From: a virus
Lineage: Duplodnaviria > Caudoviricetes
Direction: 5' to 3' (one strand)
IMG/VR virus record: IMGVR_UViG_3300048561_000014
Location: 1-40,480 of that record
Length of the DNA stretch: 40,480 nucleotides
Positions 1 through 8,598 of this stretch are shown piece after piece (position 1 is the stretch's first letter; every line of letters starts with the position of its first letter). The notes below the pieces were generated by a model, which saw only the letters and a list, made by a program, of their open reading frames with translations, had not been told where the DNA came from and did not search any database. The position numbers and the translations under genes were made by a program.

Positions 1-214
1 ATCTTAATGGTATAACACTCACACCAAATCAGCTTAGGAAATACATACTTGCTGCGATACGCAAGACAAATAGAAAATTATTAGTTAAACAACTTAATGA
101 ACATTCCTTTATGACAACTATTGAAATATACGTAGGCAGTGTGCCTAAGATAAAAGTCGGTGACATGTTTATAATTAAATCGCATTTGTATGAAGTTACT
201 TCTAAAGCAATGGA
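1..214. repeat. Terminal direct repeat / circular overlap, left copy
   Basis: Matches 40268-40480 except for one extra T (CATTCCTTTATG here vs CATTCCTTATG at the right end). Confidence 0.95.
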
Positions 215-296
215 CAGTACCACAGTGTATCTTACTGGTATGGACAACGAAGGTCTTGAAAGGCGGTTTGAGTTTTCACACGACACATTTTCTTAA
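111..296 (+). CDS. Hypothetical early protein (61 aa)
   Basis: ORF in a co-directional run; ATGA-coupled to the 40189-40380 ORF in the right repeat copy. Confidence 0.65.
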   Translation: MTTIEIYVGSVPKIKVGDMFIIKSHLYEVTSKAMDSTTVYLTGMDNEGLERRFEFSHDTFS

Positions 297-307
297 CTAC
301 TGAAATC

Positions 308-544
308 ATGAAAGAGCTCATCCCACCACAATACATCATAGACCAGTTTAACCGCGATCGTTCTGGCAGCTACATCATGACGGACAACCTTTGGCTATAT
401 TGGAAAGGTTGCCTTTGCGCTTTGCTTGACGAAAATTATGATAAGCGTTATTCAATCGCTCAGTTAGTTGAGCGTGTTAAAGTTGAACTTGGTAAGACTG
501 ATTCAAAAATGTTTAAAGCGCAAGCCACAAAAATGATTAACTAA
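308..544 (+). CDS. Hypothetical early protein (78 aa)
   Basis: ORF track; tight packing; A-rich upstream. Confidence 0.65.
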   Translation: MKELIPPQYIIDQFNRDRSGSYIMTDNLWLYWKGCLCALLDENYDKRYSIAQLVERVKVELGKTDSKMFKAQATKMIN

Positions 545-553
545 AATAAAAAT

Positions 554-727
554 ATGGAAACAATAGATGTAACCCCAACATGGTCTGGTATACTACCAGC
601 ACTTTTATTAGTACTTGAAAATGGTGACCCTGCAGGTAAAAAAGTAGCGCGTGAGGAATTACAAAATATGGCGCGCATAGCTGATTTATTTGTAACAGCT
701 CAAAAGAATGCAGCCAATAATAGATAG
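554..727 (+). CDS. Small hypothetical protein (57 aa), not in ORF track
   Basis: Read by hand: METIDVTPTWSGILPALLLVLENGDPAGKKVAREELQNMARIADLFVTAQKNAANNR*; A-rich leader; fills the gap between neighbours. Confidence 0.75.
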   Translation: METIDVTPTWSGILPALLLVLENGDPAGKKVAREELQNMARIADLFVTAQKNAANNR

Positions 728-732
728 TTGTC

Positions 733-1542
733 ATGATCTTCCATTCAACCCCTACATATATGACAGACTACCCATTCATCGTAGTGGCACCGCGCTCAAG
801 GTTAGTAAAGATTGCCGCGGAAAAATTTTCAAACGCTCTCAGTAAAGCGTTATCACTTCATCCAAATAAATTTTTAAAAACTCAATTTGCAAGACGTATG
901 GACTTAGTATCAGCACAAGAAGAAGCGAAAAAGAAATCGCTCAAATCAGCCCACAAACAGTTTGTGGTGCTATTGAAATCAGGTGACTTCGAAGTGGAAA
1001 ACCAATTCAGCTTAGAAGATAAAGCCGATGTGTATTCAGTATTCCACAAGGGTAAGAAAGTGGAAGGACCAGCAGTAGCTAAAGTAAAGCTACCAGTAAA
1101 AGATGAAGAAGAAACACCGGTGGCTAAAGCGCCAAAGCGTGCTGAGCTGCCGACAAAGAAAGAACTCAGTAAGGAAGTAAAGCAGTCAACAAAAGAAGCA
1201 GTGGAAAAAGCTAGTCGCAAGATGAAGCCCGGTGCTATTGAAGAAGCAGTAAAAGAAATTTCACAAAACAAAAAACAAGAAATCATGAAAACAAAAACGA
1301 AGTCAACACCAGCAACTAAAGCAGCTCCTAAGAAATTGGCAAAGGCTGAAAAGGAAACCAAGCCGGTTAATAAGTCAACAGCAGATGGTAAAACAGTAAA
1401 AATTTCAACAGCGGACATGCTGAAAAATATCTCCAAAGGATATAAGTACTATACCTTGAACGGTGAGAGAAAAGGAGAGTCAACACTCCAGAAGCGTGAA
1501 GATAAAAAAGCTATCCACGAAATGAAGGAAGTAAAACCTTAA
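733..1542 (+). CDS. Lys/Ala/Glu-rich hypothetical protein with a basic low-complexity C-terminal half (start may be 760)
   Basis: 269-aa ORF; K/A/E/P-rich tracts such as TKAAPKKLAKAEKETKP. Confidence 0.7.
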   Translation: MIFHSTPTYMTDYPFIVVAPRSRLVKIAAEKFSNALSKALSLHPNKFLKTQFARRMDLVSAQEEAKKKSLKSAHKQFVVLLKSGDFEVENQFSLEDKADVYSVFHKGKKVEGPAVAKVKLPVKDEEETPVAKAPKRAELPTKKELSKEVKQSTKEAVEKASRKMKPGAIEEAVKEISQNKKQEIMKTKTKSTPATKAAPKKLAKAEKETKPVNKSTADGKTVKISTADMLKNISKGYKYYTLNGERKGESTLQKREDKKAIHEMKEVKP

Positions 1543-1569
1543 TAATTAAAACAAACAATAAAGTAATAC

Positions 1570-1658
1570 AGAAGACAGGTAGCCTAATATGTTAGGTACT
1601 GAGTGTGGACGAAATACATACCACTTTTTAAGTTATACCACTCTCAAGCCTGCCTTCT
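1570..1658 (+). ncRNA. Candidate structured intergenic RNA (three-way junction, tRNA-like, no T-arm)
   Basis: Stems 1570-1579/1649-1658 (9 of 10 bp), 1583-1587/1592-1596 and 1600-1608/1638-1646 (8 of 9 bp), followed by a T-rich tail. Confidence 0.4.
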
Positions 1659-1685
1659 TGTTTTATGCGCAATTAAAATACAACT

Positions 1686-2072
1686 ATGAAAACTCCTAAC
1701 AAACCAGCCGTGACCAAAGAATGGTTAGCCGCTAAAATCAAAGAAAATCCAACACGTGTTATAGGTCGCGCACTGCTCGCTATCTATAAAAATCAAACAC
1801 TTAACGAGCAATCTGCTTCATCTACCATTGTGCAGAATGGTGTAGGCTTCTGTAAGCCTGATGCGAGAGTAGGAACGATTGGTGCTCGTATGTACCAAGC
1901 ACACGCACGACTTGACCAATGGTGCATAGACGTATGGATGAGGCCAGCAAGAGATGGCTACCCACGCATCTGTAAGTATGCAGACCAGCTCAATGCTATC
2001 TCAGAAGAAAAGAAAAAAGAAGTCGGCAACAGACGTGGTATATTTAGCAACCTTCAAATTGTGATGATATGA
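1686..2072 (+). CDS. Conserved-looking phage hypothetical protein
   Basis: 128 aa; RALLAIYKNQT..EQ....T...NGVGF...DA pattern recalled from phage hypothetical proteins. Confidence 0.7.
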   Translation: MKTPNKPAVTKEWLAAKIKENPTRVIGRALLAIYKNQTLNEQSASSTIVQNGVGFCKPDARVGTIGARMYQAHARLDQWCIDVWMRPARDGYPRICKYADQLNAISEEKKKEVGNRRGIFSNLQIVMI

Positions 2073-2458
2073 AACTAGTATATATAGGTAAAAGGCTTAA
2101 CGCGAAAAATAATGTGTTGTACGGGTATGTGGATGAAACAGCTCCTACCGTTGATTCATATTTTTTCAGTAAGCGTTTAGTAGGCTATGAAACCATTGGC
2201 TCCAAAGTTGAATGCGAGCCTACTGAAACAGGTGTTAAAGGGGCTAAGATGACCCCTGACCGCTTTGACAATAAAGAGCTAATTGAAAAATGGTCAGTAC
2301 GCCAAGCATCTGCTGTTGCTGAAAAAGATAATATCAAGTTAATGAAGGAAGAGTCTAAGCACTCACTTGATAACCTTATTAAGGTAGTTAAAGACAATAC
2401 ACATAGTCAGAGCGAGCGTAAGAAGGTAATGTTGTACATAATATCAAAACTGTCTTAA
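2069..2458 (+). CDS. Hypothetical protein
   Basis: 129-aa ORF, ATGA overlap with upstream gene. Confidence 0.7.
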   Translation: MKLVYIGKRLNAKNNVLYGYVDETAPTVDSYFFSKRLVGYETIGSKVECEPTETGVKGAKMTPDRFDNKELIEKWSVRQASAVAEKDNIKLMKEESKHSLDNLIKVVKDNTHSQSERKKVMLYIISKLS

Positions 2459-2459
2459 T

Positions 2460-3752
2460 ATGGACTTCCAACTAAGTGACGAACAACAACGCGCCTTTGA
2501 CTTAATAGAGTCAACTGATAAATGCCAGTTAATCATTGGTAAGCCCGGAGTCGGTAAGAGTGTTTTGATTAAGCACCTGACGAGCGTAGGTCAAAAGCAC
2601 TATGTTATAGCAGCGCCAACGGGCTTAGCTGCATTGAACATAGGCGGCAAGACTCTCCACTCAATCTTTGGTATTACACCCTCAGAAGGAATTTTCCACC
2701 ATGATTACAACCGCTTCACCAACAATCCAAACATCATCAACTACATTCAGCACCGACTTAATACCCTTATCATTGATGAGATCAGTATGGTGCGCGCTGA
2801 TATGTTTGATTACATTGACAGAGAGCTTCGTGCGATTAAAAATGTTGATTTACCTTTTGGCGGTGTACAGGTAATTGCCTTTGGTGATTTCTTCCAGTTA
2901 CCTCCAGTTGCTAACAGTAGTGATGTTAAAGAGCTTAAGAAAGCTGGTTATAATTCAGAATTTATTTTTAGCTCGCGAGTTTTTCAAAATAACTTTAATG
3001 TTACAATCCTCAACCAAGTTCACAGACAAAGTGACCCAGTATTTTTAGGGCTACTTGATTCAATGCGTAATGATAAAGTAACGGCTAAACACATGGTAAT
3101 GCTGAACAAGCTTGTAGGTACTTCCAATGATCTACGTATCAAGCTCACACCATTGAATCGCCAAGCAGACGTTATTAATCAGTCAGAGCTTAAAGCAATT
3201 CAACAACCATCTGAAACGTACGAGGCTACTAAGTATGGTTACTGGCCAGCTAATCCAATAGACCAACTCACACTTAAAGTAGGTGCACAGATCATGGTGA
3301 AAAAGAATAGTGCTGACAGACCACCACAACTTAAAGGCCCGTTTGAATCGAAGGTTGTGAATGGTACGTTAGGAAAAGTTATTGAGTTACCAACCGAACA
3401 GCAACCTTATATCAAGATTGAAATGGAGAATGGCGAAACTGCTAATATATACAAGGCAAGATGGGAGAGGCGTGAAAAGGAAAAGGTAGATAATACTTGG
3501 CAGGAAAAAGTTGTCGCAAGCTATGAGCAGTACCCTGTTCAACTCGCTTGGGCAATCTCCATTCATAAGTCACAAGGTCAGACGTTTGAAAAAGTACATA
3601 TCACTCCTCAAAGTGTTTTTGCCGCCGGCCAATTTTATGTCGCGCTGTCACGTGCTAAGAGCTTGGAAGGTGTGCTGCTTGATGGGCCAGTAAGTCAGAG
3701 GACGTTTATGGTGGATAAGAGAGTGTTGAACTTTGTTAACAAATTTAATTAG
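2460..3752 (+). CDS. Pif1/RecD-like SF1B DNA helicase
   Basis: Walker A GKPGVGKS, APTGLAA, DEISMV, FGGVQVIAFGDFFQLPPV, HRQ, LAWAISIHKSQGQT, YVALSR. Confidence 0.95.
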   Translation: MDFQLSDEQQRAFDLIESTDKCQLIIGKPGVGKSVLIKHLTSVGQKHYVIAAPTGLAALNIGGKTLHSIFGITPSEGIFHHDYNRFTNNPNIINYIQHRLNTLIIDEISMVRADMFDYIDRELRAIKNVDLPFGGVQVIAFGDFFQLPPVANSSDVKELKKAGYNSEFIFSSRVFQNNFNVTILNQVHRQSDPVFLGLLDSMRNDKVTAKHMVMLNKLVGTSNDLRIKLTPLNRQADVINQSELKAIQQPSETYEATKYGYWPANPIDQLTLKVGAQIMVKKNSADRPPQLKGPFESKVVNGTLGKVIELPTEQQPYIKIEMENGETANIYKARWERREKEKVDNTWQEKVVASYEQYPVQLAWAISIHKSQGQTFEKVHITPQSVFAAGQFYVALSRAKSLEGVLLDGPVSQRTFMVDKRVLNFVNKFN

Positions 3753-3753
3753 T

Positions 3754-3921
3754 ATGGCAAGAAAAAATATCCTAGGCAATTCCTATCTCGGTCTTGACCT
3801 TGAGCCCGATCAGGAAAAGAAAATCAAAAAAATTGTAGCTGATAAAAAAATGAGCGGCAAACAATTTGTGAGGTACTTAATCAGGGAGTATATTAAAAAC
3901 CACAATCCAGATAGACCATGA
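3754..3921 (+). CDS. Small ribbon-helix-helix-like DNA-binding protein
   Basis: ATG at 3754; strand-helix-helix pattern YLGLDL...KKIKKIV...SGKQFVRYLIREYI. Confidence 0.55.
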   Translation: MARKNILGNSYLGLDLEPDQEKKIKKIVADKKMSGKQFVRYLIREYIKNHNPDRP

Positions 3922-4502
3922 GCAAGCAAGTAAGTAAACCAGTTGACCAAAAAGTGGATGCAGCCATTGTGCTGCGTTCACTTGAATCAGAAGCACAGCC
4001 GCTTTTTAAGAAGCTCAAAGCTATTACCTCCATTGAATCACAAGACGATTACGACCGCGCTCTCACACTCACCAAGAACTTAAAAGAGCTTGCCCGCCTT
4101 GCGAAGGAAAAGGAGCAGTCATTTACCATTCCACTTAATGACCTTATTAAGAAAGCCCGCGAGCTGTTTAAGCCATTTACTTCAATGGTAGAAACGACCG
4201 AAGCGAATGTTAAGGTGTTAATGTTGGAGTATGTGAAGCAGCAGCAGGACGCGCTTAAAGAGCTTGAAGAGGATTTCAGTACTGGTAAAATTAAGCGCGT
4301 GTCAACGTTCGCAAATAAGGCCGCTGAATTTTCGGCAAAAAAATCCGGCAATAGAAAAGTATGGAAGGCTATCTGCGATGATCCAAGTAAGACTCCTAAA
4401 AAGTTTCTTGTGCCGGATATACCAGCTATCACCGAGGCGTTAAAGAATGGTGAGAAAGTAAATGGATGGGTATGGCAGCAAGTAGATCAGATAGCAATAT
4501 AA
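3918..4502 (+). CDS. Coiled-coil phage protein (Gp157/Gam-like C-terminus)
   Basis: Long helical region, then RKVWK...DPSKTPKKFLVPDIPAITEALKNGEKVNG. Confidence 0.6.
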   Translation: MSKQVSKPVDQKVDAAIVLRSLESEAQPLFKKLKAITSIESQDDYDRALTLTKNLKELARLAKEKEQSFTIPLNDLIKKARELFKPFTSMVETTEANVKVLMLEYVKQQQDALKELEEDFSTGKIKRVSTFANKAAEFSAKKSGNRKVWKAICDDPSKTPKKFLVPDIPAITEALKNGEKVNGWVWQQVDQIAI

Positions 4503-4702
4503 TCGAAGTGCTTAACGATCTCACTCCTGTTGCTGTATGTGTAGATGGTGGAAAACTATTTCTGTTAGTACACCACTACAAGTACATTGACTGGAAGTTA
4601 GACTCCCCACGAGCACTTATTACTAAAGTTAAGTGGCCGGACGGCTTCGCGTATATCTCCAACCCTATAACAAACTTAAACCAAATTGTATGGCAAAAAT
4701 AA
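4466..4702 (+). CDS. Hypothetical protein (start uncertain)
   Basis: Only ORF that fills 4502-4690. Confidence 0.5.
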   Translation: MGMAASRSDSNIIEVLNDLTPVAVCVDGGKLFLLVHHYKYIDWKLDSPRALITKVKWPDGFAYISNPITNLNQIVWQK

Positions 4703-4926
4703 TTGAGACAATTGAAAGACGCTACTGGCTCATGGGCGACTTGGAAAAACTTTTCAATCGTTCAGGCAGCGCTATAAGGTACTACTGTAAGTACTTTAAT
4801 ATTACTCCTATACGCTCTGTTAACCACTACAGACGATTCACTCAGAAGGACGTTGATAAGCTCGCCAACATTATGGCGTATATTGAACAGGGGTATCATC
4901 TTAAAGCAATAAAGAATAAGTTATGA
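4690..4926 (+). CDS. MerR-family HTH DNA-binding protein
   Basis: YWLMGDLEKLFNRSGSAIRYY....ITPIRSVNHYRRFTQKDV...YHLKAIK; ATG at 4690. Confidence 0.85.
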   Translation: MAKIIETIERRYWLMGDLEKLFNRSGSAIRYYCKYFNITPIRSVNHYRRFTQKDVDKLANIMAYIEQGYHLKAIKNKL

Positions 4927-5078
4927 ACGACTTCAAAACCTACGCGCTCATCTTGTTTCTAGGCATTCAAGTGGGTGTACTGATTACTGGTATACTCTGG
5001 GCATTGAGTAACGGTAACGATTTAAAAGACTTAACCAACAAGCTAAATGGAAAAGATAGAGCTACCAAAAAAAGGTAA
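4923..5078 (+). CDS. Small single-pass membrane protein (51 aa), not in ORF track
   Basis: MNDFKTYALILFLGIQVGVLITGILWALSNGNDLKDLTNKLNGKDRATKKR*; ATGA coupling. Confidence 0.6.
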   Translation: MNDFKTYALILFLGIQVGVLITGILWALSNGNDLKDLTNKLNGKDRATKKR

Positions 5079-5484
5079 CGTAGTCATCATCGGCTACGCT
5101 GCTACTGGTAAGACAACATTCTCCAATACTCTCAAGTTTGATGGCAGCTTATACCATACTGATGATTACATACCATATGGCTTTGAGCAGGCTCTTTATG
5201 TTTTGATGGACGATCTTAAAAAAGACAAAGCACCATTAAAAGTTATCGAAGGCATACTTGGTTATCGTCTGCTTCGTAAAGGACTACAGCTACAAAACTT
5301 CTACGCTGATCTGGTGATTGTATGTGAGGCTACTAAAGAGGTACGTTATGATCGTATCAAAGCAAGAAACAAAGATGTGCAAGCTACCTTTAATCTTGAT
5401 AATGTTTGCCGGAAGATTTGGAGTGACTACGAGGCACTTTGGAATAGCTACAAACAAACACGAATTATAACTATAAAATCATGA
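5047..5484 (+). CDS. P-loop nucleotide/nucleoside kinase-like protein
   Basis: GYAATGKTT Walker A, HTDDY, VIEG, and a lid-like VRYDRIKAR segment. Confidence 0.8.
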   Translation: MEKIELPKKGNVVIIGYAATGKTTFSNTLKFDGSLYHTDDYIPYGFEQALYVLMDDLKKDKAPLKVIEGILGYRLLRKGLQLQNFYADLVIVCEATKEVRYDRIKARNKDVQATFNLDNVCRKIWSDYEALWNSYKQTRIITIKS

Positions 5485-5594
5485 TACACCCCGAAACTAA
5501 AAAAGCCTTACTCATCGCGCTCGCTGGTGCTGTGGTATTGGTAGGAATTGTTTTATTTATTGCCTGGATACTGATTAACTTATTGCAGCCATGA
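5481..5594 (+). CDS. Small membrane peptide (37 aa), not in ORF track
   Basis: MIHPETKKALLIALAGAVVLVGIVLFIAWILINLLQP*; ATGA overlaps at both ends. Confidence 0.65.
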   Translation: MIHPETKKALLIALAGAVVLVGIVLFIAWILINLLQP

Positions 5595-5938
5595 AAACAT
5601 TTGATCAGTGTAAAGATGAAGTATTCAAAGATTGGTGGTTCAAAGCATCAGAAGAAGTTAATGAACTATACAGGCAAGCAGCCGAACTTTACGCCCAAGA
5701 GGTAGCTAAGGATGCATGGGATAGAGCATGTGAGGCTATGGTTAAAGCTGAGTCTGTAGAAAGCATCAGTTTAAAGATACAGCAATTAGCAGCGGATTTG
5801 ATTAATGCTGGCCAAAAACCATATATCGCAAGCCCTATTTATGTTCGGTACATGAGAACAGTAATTGAATCGTTTGAACAGGAGTTATCTATCTGTAGAA
5901 TTAAACCACCCTATCAACCTAACCAAGAAAAGCCATGA
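5591..5938 (+). CDS. Hypothetical protein
   Basis: 115-aa ORF, ATGA-coupled. Confidence 0.65.
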   Translation: MKTFDQCKDEVFKDWWFKASEEVNELYRQAAELYAQEVAKDAWDRACEAMVKAESVESISLKIQQLAADLINAGQKPYIASPIYVRYMRTVIESFEQELSICRIKPPYQPNQEKP

Positions 5939-5947
5939 AATACCTTC

Positions 5948-6213
5948 TACTCCTCATCCTTCTATAACTATGGAAAAAGAATTTAATGTTACAAGGCTTA
6001 CAAATGGAATGGGTCACAGTCACTTAGTTGTAATAACTGAACCCGCCATTGAGGATGTTCATATTGGAACCGTTGTAATAGTCCCGTATGCTGAAGGTTT
6101 TAAAGAACCGTCTAAAGTTTTACTACAGGTTGATGAAAAAGGATTACCTAAACGAGCCAATGGTAAATTTGCCATCGTATCAAAATACATAGTAGTACTC
6201 CTCATCCTTCTAT
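5948..6213. repeat. 18-bp direct repeat TACTCCTCATCCTTCTAT at 5948-5965 and 6196-6213
   Basis: Exact copies 248 bp apart. Confidence 0.85.
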
Positions 6214-6299
6214 CCGGTTGTGCCTCATCCAAACCAAGCAAGCACAATGGTAGTGTTGATGATCGCTTACGTCAAAGGAATGAAACAGTAAAGCATTAA
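5970..6299 (+). CDS. Hypothetical protein with a C-terminal hydrophobic segment and lipobox-like LLSGC
   Basis: ATG at 5970 within ORF 5865-6299; ends ...IVVLLILLSGCASSKP... Confidence 0.6.
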   Translation: MEKEFNVTRLTNGMGHSHLVVITEPAIEDVHIGTVVIVPYAEGFKEPSKVLLQVDEKGLPKRANGKFAIVSKYIVVLLILLSGCASSKPSKHNGSVDDRLRQRNETVKH

Positions 6300-6919
6300 C
6301 GTTTCTTCCTTTTACTCACCACAAAACTTTCTTGAGCCTCCAGCCTGATTAACTTGTTCGGGCTGGTGGTTTCACGGTGCCAACTCCTCTTGCCAAAAAT
6401 CCATTTACGATCCCAATAGTCAACATACTGTACAGGCACTCGTATATCAAACCGAGGAGTATCAATCACCTTTGCTTCTATATCATTGTACTGATCTTTC
6501 AGTCTATAAGTAAACACTTTAATACTATCAGGGCATGGCTCAAACGATTCAACCATTGGTATTGAATCCTCTTCTACCAACCAATCAAACGTGCCAGCCG
6601 CTTCCAAATTGCGCAAGTCTTTTTTTAACTTGTCAAACTGTTTAAGAAATTGTAGCCGCTCGGTATCCCGCAACCTCTCAACATTCGCAAGACTTAACTC
6701 AAGTTGCTCAGACTTAGTTACTACCACTCCCACCTTATTGCGATAAATCTCCACTTCCTTCTTTGTATCAGTAGCAAACACAACAGCCTGATCGCGTTCA
6801 TTCTCCGCCAATGTGGCTTTGATTTTATAACGTGACGCGCGGACTGTTTGTATACCAATAGCAGCCAGCAGTATAACCAGTATAGCAATGGTGATTGTAG
6901 TTCTATTAATTGGTAGCAT
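6296..6919 (-). CDS. Putative spanin-like lysis accessory protein (DUF6549-like)
   Basis: N-terminal TM helix, coiled coil, beta-rich C-terminus with RKWIFGKR...SPN; last gene of the lysis block. Confidence 0.6.
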   Translation of the reverse strand: MLPINRTTITIAILVILLAAIGIQTVRASRYKIKATLAENERDQAVVFATDTKKEVEIYRNKVGVVVTKSEQLELSLANVERLRDTERLQFLKQFDKLKKDLRNLEAAGTFDWLVEEDSIPMVESFEPCPDSIKVFTYRLKDQYNDIEAKVIDTPRFDIRVPVQYVDYWDRKWIFGKRSWHRETTSPNKLIRLEAQESFVVSKRKKR

Positions 6920-7337
6920 AAATGGTATAGATTGAAATAGCCATAATCAATAACGCAAATAGTTTTGTTGGTGTGTGCAACTTCTGGTACTTCGCAAAGA
7001 ACCTATCAATCCAGCCGCTATCCTTCTCCTTAATATCAAAGTATAGCAGGCCTTTCCAAAATCCTAACTGCTTAATTTTTCCACGCACTACATTTAACCC
7101 CAATTCAAAGAATATCCACCAACTTGTTATCATAAACATTACCAGTGGTGTAAGATTCCCCCCATCGTCAATAAGATGATAACCTCCTTGCGCATCCCAC
7201 ACCCAACCAAGATATAGAATAGCAACGCATCCTCGGAGTATAAACATAACCAAGTAATCCGGCTTACGACCTTTACGATCAGTCCACACGTTGAATGATA
7301 TTGGTAGTAACCAGATCAAAAGTTTTAGCGTTATCAT
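6906..7337 (-). CDS. Multi-pass membrane protein in lysis module
   Basis: About four hydrophobic segments; lies between amidase and spanin-like gene. Confidence 0.6.
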   Translation of the reverse strand: MITLKLLIWLLPISFNVWTDRKGRKPDYLVMFILRGCVAILYLGWVWDAQGGYHLIDDGGNLTPLVMFMITSWWIFFELGLNVVRGKIKQLGFWKGLLYFDIKEKDSGWIDRFFAKYQKLHTPTKLFALLIMAISIYTIYATN

Positions 7338-7948
7338 ATAGGTTTTATTTGCTCAACAATTTTGATAGATTGGAAAAGACATTCTGCAATAGCCTCCTGA
7401 CCTGCATCACTCGCAAGGAACTCCGCTTCGGTTCTGTTGTCAAAGAAAAGATTCTCAACCAACAGAGCAGGGCAATCTGTTTTGCGAAGTACATAAAAAT
7501 CCTCCTCCTTGTCTGCATCGCCATCTGCCTGATCGGCTCTAAAGGCGAAGTATGGAAATAGCTCTTTATACTTTTCGCAAAAGAAGTACGCGACCTTATC
7601 AGATTTGTTTTGCCCTTTACTGGTAAAAACTTCAAATCCTTTCCCCTGTCCGGCATTGGAGTGAATAGATAAATAAATTGCGTTCGGATTTTTTGCAAAA
7701 ATTTTGTCGGCTATTGCTACTCTTGCAGCCAGTGGTGTATCCTCCACATCATCGTATACCAATCCAAAACTAATATCCTCAGACTTCAATTTGGCTTGTA
7801 GTTTTGTAGCTACATGGCGATTGATAACACCCTCACGTATCTCAAACCCATCTCCAAATCTGTGCATCTTAGCAGGCGCAGTGGTATATACACCATTTTT
7901 TTCCCCGCCATGTCCAGCATCTAATATCCAATAATAGCTACTCATCAT
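7334..7948 (-). CDS. Endolysin, N-acetylmuramoyl-L-alanine amidase (Amidase_3)
   Basis: ILDAGHGG, E..IN, SIHSNA, GFEVF, VLRKTDCPALLVENLFFDN; start probably 7948 or 7945 rather than 8008. Confidence 0.93.
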   Translation of the reverse strand: MMSSYYWILDAGHGGEKNGVYTTAPAKMHRFGDGFEIREGVINRHVATKLQAKLKSEDISFGLVYDDVEDTPLAARVAIADKIFAKNPNAIYLSIHSNAGQGKGFEVFTSKGQNKSDKVAYFFCEKYKELFPYFAFRADQADGDADKEEDFYVLRKTDCPALLVENLFFDNRTEAEFLASDAGQEAIAECLFQSIKIVEQIKPI

Positions 7949-8204
7949 CTTCAGATTCTTTATTGTTTCGGTCGCGGTTACTCTTTGCAATATCCTTAAG
8001 TGTATCAATCTCCTGCTTAAGGAACAGTTTCACAGTTTTATTCAGCTCATCCAATTGTGCACTAATCATTGGTAGAGTAGTGTTGATGGTAGCCTCCATT
8101 GTATCCTGTTTCTTTTTCATATCAACTATCTCTCTGATCGTATAAAACAAACCAATAAAAAGAATAGTTAAAGCCCCGTATATCCACTGGTTAATTTCAC
8201 TCAT
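7938..8204 (-). CDS. TM plus coiled-coil protein, holin/antiholin candidate
   Basis: N-terminal TM, coiled coil, acidic tail; immediately upstream of endolysin. Confidence 0.55.
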   Translation of the reverse strand: MSEINQWIYGALTILFIGLFYTIREIVDMKKKQDTMEATINTTLPMISAQLDELNKTVKLFLKQEIDTLKDIAKSNRDRNNKESEDDE

Positions 8205-8225
8205 GTCATCAAAGAAGTTTATAGG

Positions 8226-8579
8226 TTACCACTTGGTTATTACTACCTTGTCGCCTGTATTGCTGAACCTCAAATAAATTTTATAACCAGTTCTTGCAGT
8301 CGCTCTTACAACAATACCATTCGCATCAGTTGTTGCGGACAAAGAAGGGCTTGAAGTTATTGTACTGGTAGATGCGTTGACCTTTACAGTACCAGCGTTA
8401 CCAGAAGGAAATTTAATCAACACCTCAGTCTCACCAGCAGTAGAGCATTGGAGAATATGGGTGTTGGTGTTGTCAGGCGCTGTAATCTCCAATGGGTTAT
8501 AAGTCGCGAACGTGTAAGTGGTTTGAGCAAAAGCGTTTGCTGATACCAGTAAGAGAATTGCAATAAGTAAGTTTTTCAT
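8226..8579 (-). CDS. Small beta-rich protein with Sec signal peptide
   Basis: MKNLLIAILLLVSANAFA|Q; Thr/Ser/Gly-rich beta-type mature part. Confidence 0.75.
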   Translation of the reverse strand: MKNLLIAILLLVSANAFAQTTYTFATYNPLEITAPDNTNTHILQCSTAGETEVLIKFPSGNAGTVKVNASTSTITSSPSLSATTDANGIVVRATARTGYKIYLRFSNTGDKVVITKW

Positions 8580-8598
8580 AGTTGTTTTTTGTTTGTTT

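Noticed and set aside
1-214. True physical terminal repeat as in T7-like phages
   Set aside because: It starts mid-gene and cannot be distinguished from an assembly overlap without read data
882-1436. 184-aa hydrophobic antisense ORF, and similar shadows such as 4049-4432, 7345-7698, 10963-11367 and 18229-18543
   Set aside because: They are reverse-strand or off-frame shadows of well-supported genes, and their composition mirrors the real gene's codons
1598-1620. CTGAGTGTGGACGAAA resembles a hammerhead ribozyme core
   Set aside because: Core reads CUGAGUG rather than CUGANGA, and no compatible stems I and III with a UH cleavage site could be built
7949-8008. N-terminal extension on the amidase as a SAR/export signal
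   Set aside because: Not hydrophobic, overlaps the upstream gene, and the Met at 7948/7945 directly precedes the catalytic domain
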